From the NCBI GenBank assembly GCA_013239625.1, contig MU055574.1:20568115-20632114 (forward strand): 64,000 bases of DNA, in the 5' to 3' direction. This DNA comes from Lama guanicoe. Taxonomy: Eukaryota. Under the pieces are notes generated by a model. It saw only the letters and a program-made list of their open reading frames with translations. It did no database searches and was not told where the DNA came from. The translations under genes were made by a program, and so were the position numbers. Shown here piece by piece: positions 13,301 through 25,300 of this stretch (positions are counted from its first letter, which is position 1; each line of letters begins with the position of its first letter).

Positions 13301-16300
13301 TGGGGCCGGGTGTGGGGGATGCCGGTGGAGCTGGATGACGTGCTTCCTGGGATGGGCCTGGGCCCCCCGTGAGGCTTGGGGTGGGTGGGGGGACAGCTTG
13401 CTGTTTGCTTTTCCTCAGCCACCCGGAGGGGCCCCACCCCTGCTGATAGGATGGTGTCTGCTCAGGTGGTGTGTGAGTGAGTGTAAGTGATTCATGGACA
13501 GAGTTAAAACCTTTTTATAGTTATGCTGATTTGAATGAGTTATTTGAGAATCCATCCGTAGAATCCTGAACCTGTGATTTCATGGCTCTGAATTGCTTAG
13601 GATGAGACAAGTTAAAAATAGCGCGCTGGTCTGTAGACACGTAGTATGAAACGGGTGGTACAGATGGTGTGTACACCGGGCAGAAATTGGGCAGGCCGGC
13701 GACAGAAGTGGGGTGGGTGCCGGTGTCAGGGATGACAGGGTTCCTGCATCTCACGGAGGAGGTCCCCTTCGCCTGCCTGCCCTCCCTCCCCACACTCCCG
13801 GGCAGACGAGTGCCCTGCCCCCTGGCTGTTCACTCAGTTCTCAGGCAGCTGTGCGCTCCTTGAGGGGAGGGCCCGAGTCTGGCGTGCCCCTGGGCCCCGT
13901 GCCCAGCTGTGGTGCACGCGCCGCTTCTGGGTAAGTGTCTCAGCAGGTGTGGGTGCTGTTCGAGGGGGACGTTCCCCAGGGAGGAAGGGTGGGCTTTCCT
14001 GCAATTTATTTCTGCCTTCTCCTAATAGAATGAAGTAGGAGGAACTGAATTCTTTTGCCAAAGAATGTCCTCCCTTCCCTGCCCCCCAGGCAAACATGGA
14101 ATTTGCTCTGGTTTCTGGCTACTGGCCTGTTTTATGTCTGGGGGTGGGGGTGGGGTGGGGGACAAAAGTACAGTGCAGGCCGGCTTTCGTTTTTATGTCC
14201 CTAGACTTCCAGGGCCACGTGGTGTCAGTGGAGCGAAGGCCCGATTGACCAGCAGTCGAATGTGAATCCGAGTCTTTTAAGCCTGATGAGATGGCTCTAA
14301 GCTGGCAGTGGTTCTAGTGTTTCCCTTTCTTATTTGTGCCACGGCCAGTGAGAATCATCTCACACAGTCACGGCGAGGAGGATTGGGAGCTTCCCTCATT
14401 TTCCGGGGGCTGCGAGGCGCTCACGGAGGTTAGAGGGGGAGGCCAGGGTGTTCTCGGTGGAGCTAGTGGTTCTGTTTTCAGCCTGACTGTTCCCGGGGCA
14501 GAACTTGGGTGCCGTGTGCTTGGATACCTTAATGCTTGAAGGTTTCACTGAAGCATTTCTGCTGGCTTATTGAATGCTTTTAGGAGCTGAAACTTTAGTT
14601 AACGTTCACCTTGTCATATAGATCTTTAAAAGTTTTATTGACATACTTTGAAAATTCAACTGTTTTAAGTACAACTTAGTGGTTATCAGTATATTAACAG
14701 AATTGCACAACCATTGCCACAGTCTGTGTTAGGACATTTCCATCAACCCGGAGAAACCTTGGGCCCAGTTGTGCTCGCTCCCCTTTCCCCTTGAGCCCTG
14801 GTGACCATGAGCTTCCTTTCTCTCTCTGCATCTGCCTTGCCTGACGTCTCCCTTAAGTGGAATCATACGCTATGTGGCCTTTGGTGTTCTGCCCCTCACC
14901 CAGCGCTTGGACCACATCCCTGTATGTATGTCAGACTGCCCTGAGATGAGGGGTTAAAGCATCAATTTGGAGTCACCAGTTGGAGCTGGACTTGTAACTC
15001 TGCAACTTAATAATCACGTGACCTGTTATTTGGTAAATCTGGCCCTTAGGACTGCCTGGCACGTTGCAGGTGCTCAGTCAACATTTGCAGAGTGAGGGTG
15101 CCTGGAAGTAGCACAGCTGTTCGTCCTGATACTAAGACCAGTAAAGCGTTTCTCCCAAGGAAGTTTAGAAAGATGACACTGTGCCCCAGTGAGCAGCAAC
15201 CTCATAGCATCCTTCCCAGAATCCGGGTTTGTGGTGGGTGACGCCCTGGCTTCACCTGGGGGCTGGAACAGGTGAGGTGTGCCCAAGACCCCTTTGACAG
15301 TCTTAGGAAAGGGGTTGAGGACTGTCTCCGCAGATGCACACGTGCGCAGTGATTGCCACTCACCTTGGGGCTGCGTGTGGCCCTGGCTCAGCAGCACCTC
15401 TGACGGGGTGAATGGAGCACGTGCCCGTCACAAGAGGGCATGGTGGTCACGTGACACTGGTTCCGGGCGGGCTCACAGGCTGAATTGCCTGTGACTCTGA
15501 AAGTGACCAGAGGAGCTGGGAGGAAATGGAGTGGTTGTAGGTCAAATAGTGGAAATCTGCTGAGAGCAGTGCTGATTCAGAAACAAGAACAGAAACACGT
15601 CGAAACCCAACAACATACTTTTGAGCTTTTCAGAAGCATAGGACATCGGCCTTTAAGCTGCATGAAAAAAATTACTTTTGCTTCTTTCAAACCGTCTTTA
15701 CTAGGGCACCCTTCCCAAGCTCACAGCGAAATCCAACTGCCGCTATGAAATCGAGTGGGTCACGGAGTACGCCTGCCACAGGGATTATCTGGAAAGTAGG
15801 AGCTGCTCTCTGAGCAGTGAGCAGCATGACATCGCCATCAACCTCCAGCCACTCGTCCAGGACGGGGGTGAGGCGGGGCCTGGGGGCCGAGAAGTGGGAG
15901 AGGGGCTGGGAGTCCCGGGGTGAGCTCCCCTGCCAGGGGCCGGGTGTTTCCGGTTTGAGTAAAGACGTGCTGGAACTTTGTCCCACCCGGGCTTGTAACG
16001 AGGCTTCCTCTGGTTTATTGCCTTTTCCTTAGCTTCAAGCTCCCCGCACTACACTTCAGATGGAGAAGAATATGTTTTTTATTTGAATATCTGTGGAGGA
16101 ACTGAAGCACAGGTCTGTAATAAGAAGGATGCTGCTGTTTGCCAAGTGAAAAAGTCAGATTCCACTCAAGCCAAAGTGGCAGGAAATCTCCAGAATCAAA
16201 CCCTCCGGTGGGTACCGCCTTCGCATCACTTTGAAGTGCCTTGTGTGTCTTCCTGTGAAACCTCCCCTTGTCTGCCTCTTCCTCGCGTTTTGCACAAAGT

Positions 16301-19300
16301 GCAGGACATCAGCTTAGCCCGCACTCCTTCCTGCTTGACTCGGGCATGTTGCCGTCTGCCCGTGAGCAGGTGGATGCTTTCCTGGGCTTCACCATCAGGG
16401 AGTTCTGTTCATACCATTTGCTTTATGTTGTTTGTAAGGATCCACACTGTAGGAAGATTATGTTGTCGCTTTATTTGGCTTTTGTAATCCTGAGATTTAT
16501 GTTTCTGAGGAGTTTTGATTTTTTGTTATTATTGTTTTTCCTTTGGCGGTTTGAGAATCTGAAACACCATTGGCATTCCCCAAAGTTTTTTTTTTTTTCC
16601 TTTTTTGGGGGAGGGAGGGTAATTAGGTTTATTTTTTTACTTACCTGTTTATTTTTAAGGGAGGTCCTGGGGATTGAACCCAGGACCTCGTGCATGCTAA
16701 GGGTAAGCACACACTCTGCCACTGAGCTACACCCTCCTCCTGCAACAAAAGTTTTAAACAACAGGGAAAACGTTCATCACATTCTTGCCACCCTTACCTT
16801 GGTTGTTACATTCACAGAAGCGTTGCAAAAGCGTAGTTCTCTGAAAAAATAAGCGTTGTTCAGGATCCCTCGGGTGAGACATCTTAGGGCAGTTGCTTGC
16901 AAAGCTGTGTCTTCTTGGGCATCACTTATTTTGTACAAAATCCAAAAATGAGAGCAGAGGGGTCTTTGTGCTCAGAGTACAACCTTCAGTGCTTTCTTCC
17001 AGCCAGTTCTTACTTTGAAATAAGGGGATGACAAGCCCCGCACATTTGGAACTCATTTCCTTGAGACAATTCTTTCCCAGCAGGCGGGAGAGCTTGCTAT
17101 TTTCTGTCAGTGCTGATTTGTGGACGGTGTGCAAAAGACTTAATATAGACATGTTTAAAAATTCAAGTTTCTTGGTTCTACCAAATGTTTGTGTGCGTGT
17201 TAAAAAATCCAGGTACTCCGACGGAGACCTCACCTTGATCTACTTTGGAGGTGACGAGTGCAGCTCAGGCTTCCAGCGCATGAGCGTCATCAACTTCGAG
17301 TGCAGTCAGACTGCAGGTGAGCGGGCCCTGGGCTTCACCACGTCTGCATGGATGAGCGCTGGGTGGAGAGGCCAAGTGTCCTCCTTCAGACTCGGCCACC
17401 TCCAGTTCCCAGCCTAGGTTCCTCTGTTGGAGCGGGCAGGAGAACCCCAGCTCCGCCCCACCCACGACACACACATCCTGTTTCCATTTTCCCCCGTGCT
17501 CTGTTTGTTTTGGGCATGGGCCCAGCACTGGCTTGCTGGGCAAGCGTTCTGTCCTGAGCCCTGGCTCTCCCTGGAGCGCGTGCAGAGCCGGCAGGCCGTA
17601 TTGAGTCACCAGCTCCAAGTGGGTTGTTGCTGAACAGCTCTTCTTTTAGGAGATGAGTTTCTAGGTGAGTCTTTTTGTAAATGGTGACTCCCCGTTAGAG
17701 CCTAGGCTTTGGGATCATGAGAGGTAACAGGGCAAGCTTAAACAAATGTTTGGTTTTCCTGAGCAGTGGGAGAAGTGGCCTTGAAGTTACGATGGCACTG
17801 GCATTGCAAAAAGCCAGGCTGCTGCCTGTGTCTCCAACGTTCTAGACTTGGGTCGCATCTGCAGGGATGCATGGGACCCCACTGTCATAAGAAAGGTGTC
17901 CCACCTGAGCACCTCCAAGTGGGGACCTCAGCTGCTCTGCAAGCTGGCCAAGCCTCCGCATGGGCTCGGTCCTGGAGCCGCCTGGGTCCAGCCCCGTCTG
18001 CACAGGCCTGCACGGCAGCCCCGCCCCTGAGGGTCTCCTGGCCCCTCATGCTGTTTGTTTGGTGTGTTTCTGTGGTAGAGCTTTTGACCATCTGGTCACA
18101 GGGCAGCCTCCTTCATGATTCACTGAGGGGCCTGGGAGGGGCCTCTGTGCTTCAGGAGTGTATCTGTGACAGTGACAGTGGTCAGGAGAGGTGGTGACGA
18201 GCGCCAGGCGCTGATAAGCAGCCTGGAGAGTAAGTGGAGCGTGGCCTGGGGGCGCAGATGGAGGACCTTATGTCAGGATGTCCCGGTGACTCCTGTCATT
18301 TCTGTCTGTAGCCACCCTTGTTCGCAGCTCTACTGTTGACCTGCCAGCCCTCCTTGCTCCCCGGCGTGCACTCCGGTCTGACGTTGGCTTCTGTTCGCTA
18401 AACTTCTTGTGTTCTCAGTCGATGCGTTCAACACGCGTTGTATTAGCACCTATCTGCGTAGACCCTCTGGGGCCTAAGGAGGCTGAGATGCTGGAGAGCC
18501 TCCGCGCGTTCACAGACCGGAAGCAGAGGGAGATCCGGAGAGCGATGGCCGCGGTGCAGGCTGACGCGGGCTGGACGGAGCGCCCGGGCAGCAAGCGCTG
18601 TCCCCGGGTCTTCGTCAGGAGGGGGACCCTGAGGTTGGTGGGTATCTGTGAGGGGCAGGCAGTTAGGAGAGAGGAGGTGCTGCTTGGGTGAGCCCTGCAG
18701 GACAAGTCGGGGGAAGCCAGGAGCAGAAGAGGGGGAGCTGTGGGCACTGGGCTTCCGGCAGAGGGAACAGCTCATGCAGAGGCGTGAACTGGGGAAGCTG
18801 TGAGCAGGTCAGAGCTGTGGGTCCAGAACGTGGCTAACGATGACCCTAGAAAGGGGAGTGGAGCCACGTGGTGAAAAGCTTGTAGGTTCTGCAGAGGAGC
18901 TGGGCTTGATGTAGAGATCCGTGCAAAGGAACTTTAACCAGGGGGTGGCCGGCGTCTGGTCTGGGTGTGGCCTTTGGTGCGTCTCCCTCTGGTTTGGGTG
19001 CCTCTGCCCTCCCCAGATTCTCCTTCCTTCCATCACCCTCACCTCTTCTAGGCTTGTAGGAGACCCTTTCTGAAGTCCACCTCTTCTGCTCTGTGTCCAA
19101 GTCCCTGGGAAGTCCAGCCTCCTCCTCATTCCAACTCCCCAGACCCTCCGACCCTCGGGCTTCCCCTGCGGGCTGGGCTGCCCTGATGCGGCCAGTCTCC
19201 TCCCGCCCTGTCGTTAACCCTTTTGGCCCCGGTCTGTCTGCGATTTTTATAAATGACTTGGCCGAGATCTTTGGGAATGTGCTGGTCTCATTTGGGCATG

Positions 19301-22300
19301 CTGGGACGCTAGAATAATGATCCAGAGAGACCCCAGCAGACCCGAGGAGGGTACTGAGAAGACACGTGGTCAGGGACTCAGGGAAGAGGTATGGACGTCC
19401 AGGAGTGGTGCTGGAAAGCTAGAGCCCAGAAATGCTCGAGGCCATTTGTTTTTTCCTTTTTTGCTTTTTATTATGAAAGTTTTCAGATATATAAATAATG
19501 AACATTACAGTGAAAACTTACATGCCCACCACTCAGGCTTAACGGTTGTGAATGTTTTGCCAAATTTGCTCCATGTTTATCTCCTCCGTATATGTCGCTG
19601 ATGGGTGATAACACACCACCCTGACTCGAGAGAGGATGTACCTTTATGTGACCTCAGTGCCATCATCAGATATGACAGAATTAACAGAGAGGCCCTCATG
19701 CTGAAGACTCACATCTCTGTAGGCTCATTTCATTGTGATTGTGACTCGGAGACCAGACAGAGGTGGTAGGTATTTTGTGGGAGATTTCGAGCCTGCCCTC
19801 AGGCTGGAGTTGAACTGTGAAATATTTGACTCCCTCCAGCTCTGTGATTCAGAGCAAACTGTATGCTAGATGTGCTATGTTGCCTGTATACTATGAAGTC
19901 ATTTCATTATTAGTTTGTGCAAATTTAAATTTAGAGTTTTTAGAGAAAGCCCCTCGGTGGATTCTGTGTTCATTGGGTAAACGTAATAATGTAGTTTTGC
20001 ATGTTGAATGGGTGTTAATTGAGGCTGTAGTATTGTGAACTGTGGTTTATAGTTCAACTTGGACCTCCAGGAATTATTTATGCTTATCAATCAAGGGTTT
20101 CATGCCTTTCAAGATACAAAGGTGCATGCATTTTTTTCTATCCATGATATGTGTATTTTTTCATTTTAGTAATTTACATCTGGTTTGATATAAATTAAAC
20201 GTATTGGTGGTGGTGATCCAGTTAGATAAGAACATTAGACCATTTTGGAGGGAGGAATGGTAGGCCAGTGAACAACCATCCACAGATTTAAGTGGCTCCT
20301 TATTACATTTGATAATAAGTTATTTTCTTTAGTTCAGTGCAGGTCTTGAGGGGGCCCTGCTCCATGTTGTTGATGCAGGAAAAATGTGGGGTGAGAGGAT
20401 GGCCGTGTCCCAGGTCTTGGTTGAGTCCCTGGGACGTGCCCCGCCAAGTGTGGGGCCTTGGCTTCGCACAGGAAAGAATTCAAGAGCGAGCCACAGTTGA
20501 GTAAAGGTAGGTTTATTCAGAGAGATGCCTCCTCCATAGAGTGCAGGCTGTTTCAGAAGGCCAGAGAAAAGTCACGAGGCGTGGGGGTTGGGTGCTCAAT
20601 TTAAAGTAAGAGTAGATACACACGTCACAGACAGCGCGGGGTTACTGGTTTTTAGGGGCTCAGTAGCTTCATGTGCTAACGAGTGGGAGGATTATTCCAG
20701 CTACTTTGGGGAAGGGGCTGAGATTCCCAGGAATTGGGCCACTGCCAACTTTTTGACCTTTCACGGTCAGCCTTGGAACTGTCATGGCGCCTGTAGGAAG
20801 GCCATTTAGCATGTTAATATATTACAGTGAGTGCATAATGAAGTTCAAGGTCTGTTAGAAGTCAGATCTCCCACCATCTTGGGCCTCAAGGCCTACTAGG
20901 GGTTGAATGTTCCTCCACCTCAGTGCTAATTGCTGTGTCATTCTTTGAGTGGTTGTGCCCTGCCCCCTCCCCTCCAGTCTCACAGTCATTTGGGGACCTT
21001 TGCACTTTGCATCTTGTGTCTGTAGACTTGGCTTCCTAGGACTCTGCAGAATGGGAGCAGCAGTTTTTTATCGCCAGAAGTAAAAGGCACGTCCCAGCCT
21101 CAAAGGCAGGGAGGTGGGGAATGTAGTTTAGTTGTGCGCCTAGAGGAAAAATTTGATGCCGAGAGCTTTTTCCACAGGAAGAGCCCACTTGCCCTTCAGC
21201 CGGTCAGGGAATCCACATGCCCTGAGGCCAGGTGACATGCTGGGGAGTGAATGCTGGAGGCTGGGGGGCCAGGATGCGGAGACTGCAGAAAAGTAATACT
21301 AACCCTGCTGGTGGAAGGAAACTGTTGACCCGAGGAGAAGTGGTCCTGAAGGCAAGGCCATTGTGCTTAAAAACAAATAAACAATGTGCTTGGGTAGAGA
21401 GGAGTCTTAACTATTCTCCTGAAATTCTTTGAGGAATTAAATGAGAATGCCAGTGAGGTGCATGCCAATGGTTATTTAAAACGGACTCTCCCAGCAGATT
21501 GTTAGTTTCACATGCAAATCTAGCTCCCAAGTAGGGATGGACCCTAGAAGCATTCCTAGTGTCATTCAATCACTTGTAAATTTACCTGGTAGAAGAAAAG
21601 CACCGTGAATGTTTCAAGTTTTGAGGAAACAGGCCTTTTGTGACGAGTGAAATACCAATCCAATGGGAGGAAGCTGTATGTAAACCGTGGGGAGGAGGGA
21701 TGGGGGTGGAAAGACGCGTAGGAGCTTCCTGGCTCCTTCCGTGGAGGGGGCAGGGTCCCAGCCAAGGGAGGGTGGGTGGGCTCAGTGTTGTCAGAAAGGA
21801 GGCTGGGAATGCTGCCGCTTAAAGAGAACGGCTTTGAGTACTCACTTAAAAAAAAAAAAAAACCCCGAAAAACAGAAGAAAGAAACCCACAGTAGCGGAG
21901 GGAAGCATTGCCTTGTGGTTATGAGTCTGGCTCTGGGGCCAGACCGTCTGGGGTTGATTTCTGGCTCCCCAGCATTCTAGCTGTGAAACCATAGGCAAAT
22001 TATTTAGCCTGCCTAAATCTGCATAATGGGGCTAAACCTGTACCTGTGCCATCGGGTTTTTGGGATGAGATACACTGACATTTTATATTGAGTACTTCAC
22101 GCAGAGCCTGTTTGGGGCAGCCGGTCCCCACAGGGTGCTTAACGCTCAGCACAGCGCCCTTGCGCTCTGTGCAGATCAGCCACTGTCGCTGGTGTTATGA
22201 TTATGATATTTATGGTATTAAAGATTTCATAGGAATGGCAATTGAAATGTCATTTGCTCTTGGTCCAAAATATTATTTCCCTTTCCTTTAGAACATTGTG

Positions 22301-25300
22301 CACTTCAGGGCACGAAACCTCAAGAAAAGCAAATCATGTAGGAGGTCCAGAGGAGGATTATTAAACCATCAAGGGGTGGAAAATGGACCTTCATGCCAGC
22401 GGTCCACCAGCTTGGAAAGGCGAGGGGATAGTGTTTCTAGTCTGGGAAAAGTCAACAAAGTCTGCTGAATCCCAGGCTACGTGGAGCGGGGAAGTGGCCC
22501 ATGAAGCGCTGCCTTCAGAGCAGAGCTGAGCTGTGAGGGCTCCTTGTAGGGAGGCCTGTGGGGCTCCCCGAGCTGCTGGGCAGACAGCCTGCTGGTTTGA
22601 GCAGGGCGGTAGAGACCTGTGCCTGGTGCCGCTGCCCGGAGGACCGAGGGTGCTGGAGCCCGTGGGAGTGCGGTGCTGGGCCTCTGCACGCTTCAGTTGG
22701 GAGCGACTGCAGACACTGTCCCTCTCCAACTTTCATTGCAGGGTTGCATCCCGGGGAGCTTGTCCTGCTCACAAGCACATTGTTAAGTCCGTGGCACTCC
22801 CAGAACTAGAGCCCTGGCCTGTCAGTGAACCCTGGGTCTGACCTGGAGGGCGCTCACGGGCCTGCTGGAGGCGGACTGCAGCCTGCGAGCAGCAGAGCCC
22901 TCCTGGTGGCTCACATGTTCCTCGTGAACAGTCGTTTCAAGACCCCCTTGAGCGTGTTGTAGACGGCCTTATGGCCTATTGGGACCATCCTACCGAGTTG
23001 GGAGGGACATAGGCCTGCCCTGGAGGGTTGTGACTGTCGGACACTTTACAGAAGCCGCTCTGATCTCTGGGGGTTGGGGCTTGAGTCTGTGTGACTGCAC
23101 AGCTGGTGTTGGTGTCCTCTGTGCTGTTTCTGCCCTTGCTCCTCTGACGTTCCTATGTTTTGGTCACATCCTGGGTGCTTTTTCCCTTTACAAATTGCGC
23201 AGGTAACGGTGGGAAAGGGGCTCCTGTGTTCACCGGAGAGGTGGATTGCACCTACTTCTTCACGTGGGACACCAAGTACGCCTGCGTGGACGAGAAGGAG
23301 GCCCTCCTCTGTGGCGTCTCTGATGGGAGGCAGCGCTTCGACCTGTCGGTGCTGGCCCGGCACTCAGGTAGGCCTGCGGCCCGCGCGGGGCTCACTCGAA
23401 CCTTCCCCACCAGTACGTTTGCAGATGCGGTTACTGGTTTCTTTGTCAGCTAATCGCATCTAGGCCTTGCCCCTCTTCTTTGCTCATTGCAATAGCAGAA
23501 GTGACACTGAATTAGGAAGCAGGGTGTCTGACTCTGAGGTCGACGTTACTGCTTTCTGCTTGGAATACCTTGGGCTGACCTTGTCAGAGTTGGCTAAAAA
23601 CTGCCCAGTACTTTCTGTGTGCCAGGCCTTGTGCTTTGAGACTAGAAACTTATTATTATTTTTTAAATTTAAGCTCTCATTGCTAAGAAGGTAGATCTTA
23701 AAAGTTCTCACCACACATGTTGGTATGTGTATGGTGGTTACACACATGGTGTGGACGTTAAGTGGACTTGCGGGGTCTCCCTTTCCCAGTCTATGCACGG
23801 ATCAAGTCATTATGGTGGTATGCCTGCAATGAATGTGGTGGTGTGTGTCCGTTCTGTCTCAGTTAAAAGTTACTCAAATTCTTACAGCAGGCTTGGAGTA
23901 GGCAGTGTTCCCACTGAACACGTGGACTGTCAGGCCCGGAGGCTTGCCCTCCTGGGGTGAGGGCGGTGGGGCTGCGTGGGTCCAGCCTTCTGCCCTCTGC
24001 TCTCCCCTCGGTCTCACTGCCTCGCCCCATCTCTAAAGTGGGGTCCGCGTCCCCTGCCCAGCCCTTCATGAGGCTGAGAGGAGAATAGATGTGGGTGCCC
24101 TTGGGACATGGTGCTGTGTCCTCGTAGGGTGGGGCTTGTCACAGCAGCCTGGCTCCCAGCAGACACCCGCCGAGGTAAATTTATTTGTTCTCTGAAGCGG
24201 TGCTTGCTGAGTATTTGTTATGGGTCAGGGGCTTGACGTGGTGCCTGGGAGACCACAGCTACCGACCCCTGCCTCGTGGGCCTTAGAATTTGGCCGGAGG
24301 CAGAGCAGGGTGAAGAGTCAGAATGGGGACGTCCGACAGGGGTAACTTTTACCCTTTAGCAGCCCTGGAGTTGGGCCTTTGTAGAAGCGAGTTGCGTCTG
24401 TGAAGTGGGGATAATGTGTAAGACACACAGGGAAGAACCTGCCTGTGCCCCGAGGTGACCGCCTGTGACAGGGCAGTTACTGTGTGTCCCGAGTCTGCTC
24501 CCTCCACCCGGGTGGATGTTTTTCTGTGCGCAGAGGACTGGGTCACGAGCCGCCCCAGCTCAGGCACCACATATATCTTGTTTTCCTTCCGGTGGCCCCG
24601 AGTGCTAATCCCTGTGCTGGGCTGCTTGTGTGGAGAGGGCTGGGTCCCTTCTCTCACACGGGCCTTATCTGGGGTCCCAAGGCAGGTGCGTCATCGACAG
24701 CCCGCACCCTCCGAGTCCCAAGGCAGGGCTGGCGTCTGGATTTGCTTTTCAGCATCTGATTTCCAAGCATGGGGCTTGGGAGAATTTTATTGTTTAATCC
24801 TCTGGCCTCTCTGTTAAGCCTCTTCTGAGGAGCTGTTGTTGGATGGCTTGTTTCTGTCACATTCAGGACAAGCCTAAGATTCTCCTGTTTCTGTGCCTCC
24901 AGCCAGCTGGGTGCACAGCATGCGCGCCTGGCGCTTCGCGGCCACAGGCCTGGTGGGCTACAGGCCTTCACCTGCCTTCCGCCCAGTCACCGTTTGTGCT
25001 GTGACTCACAGAGAAATAGCACCGCCTTTGGCTTAGAGGAAGCTTTTCTGTTGTTACAGAACTGGAACAGAATTGGGAAGCCGTGGACGGCAGCCGGAGG
25101 GAACCAGAGAAGAAGCATTTCTTCATTAACATCTGCCACCGAGTGCTGCAGGAGGGCAAGGCGAGGGGCTGCCCTGAGGATGCGGCCGTGTGCGCCGTAG
25201 GTGAGTGGTCCCCGGGGTGAGGCTCTAGGTGACAGTTTTCCTGAAGGTGCATGGAGCCAGGCTGCATCTGTTTGGAGCGAACCAGAGAATCTTCCTGTGG

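Noticed and set aside
14140-14161. G-quadruplex-like G runs
   Set aside because: Common in GC-rich introns; nothing links this one to a function.
16268-16852. 194-aa ORF with hydrophobic stretches
   Set aside because: Runs through a T-rich SINE tail; compositional artefact.
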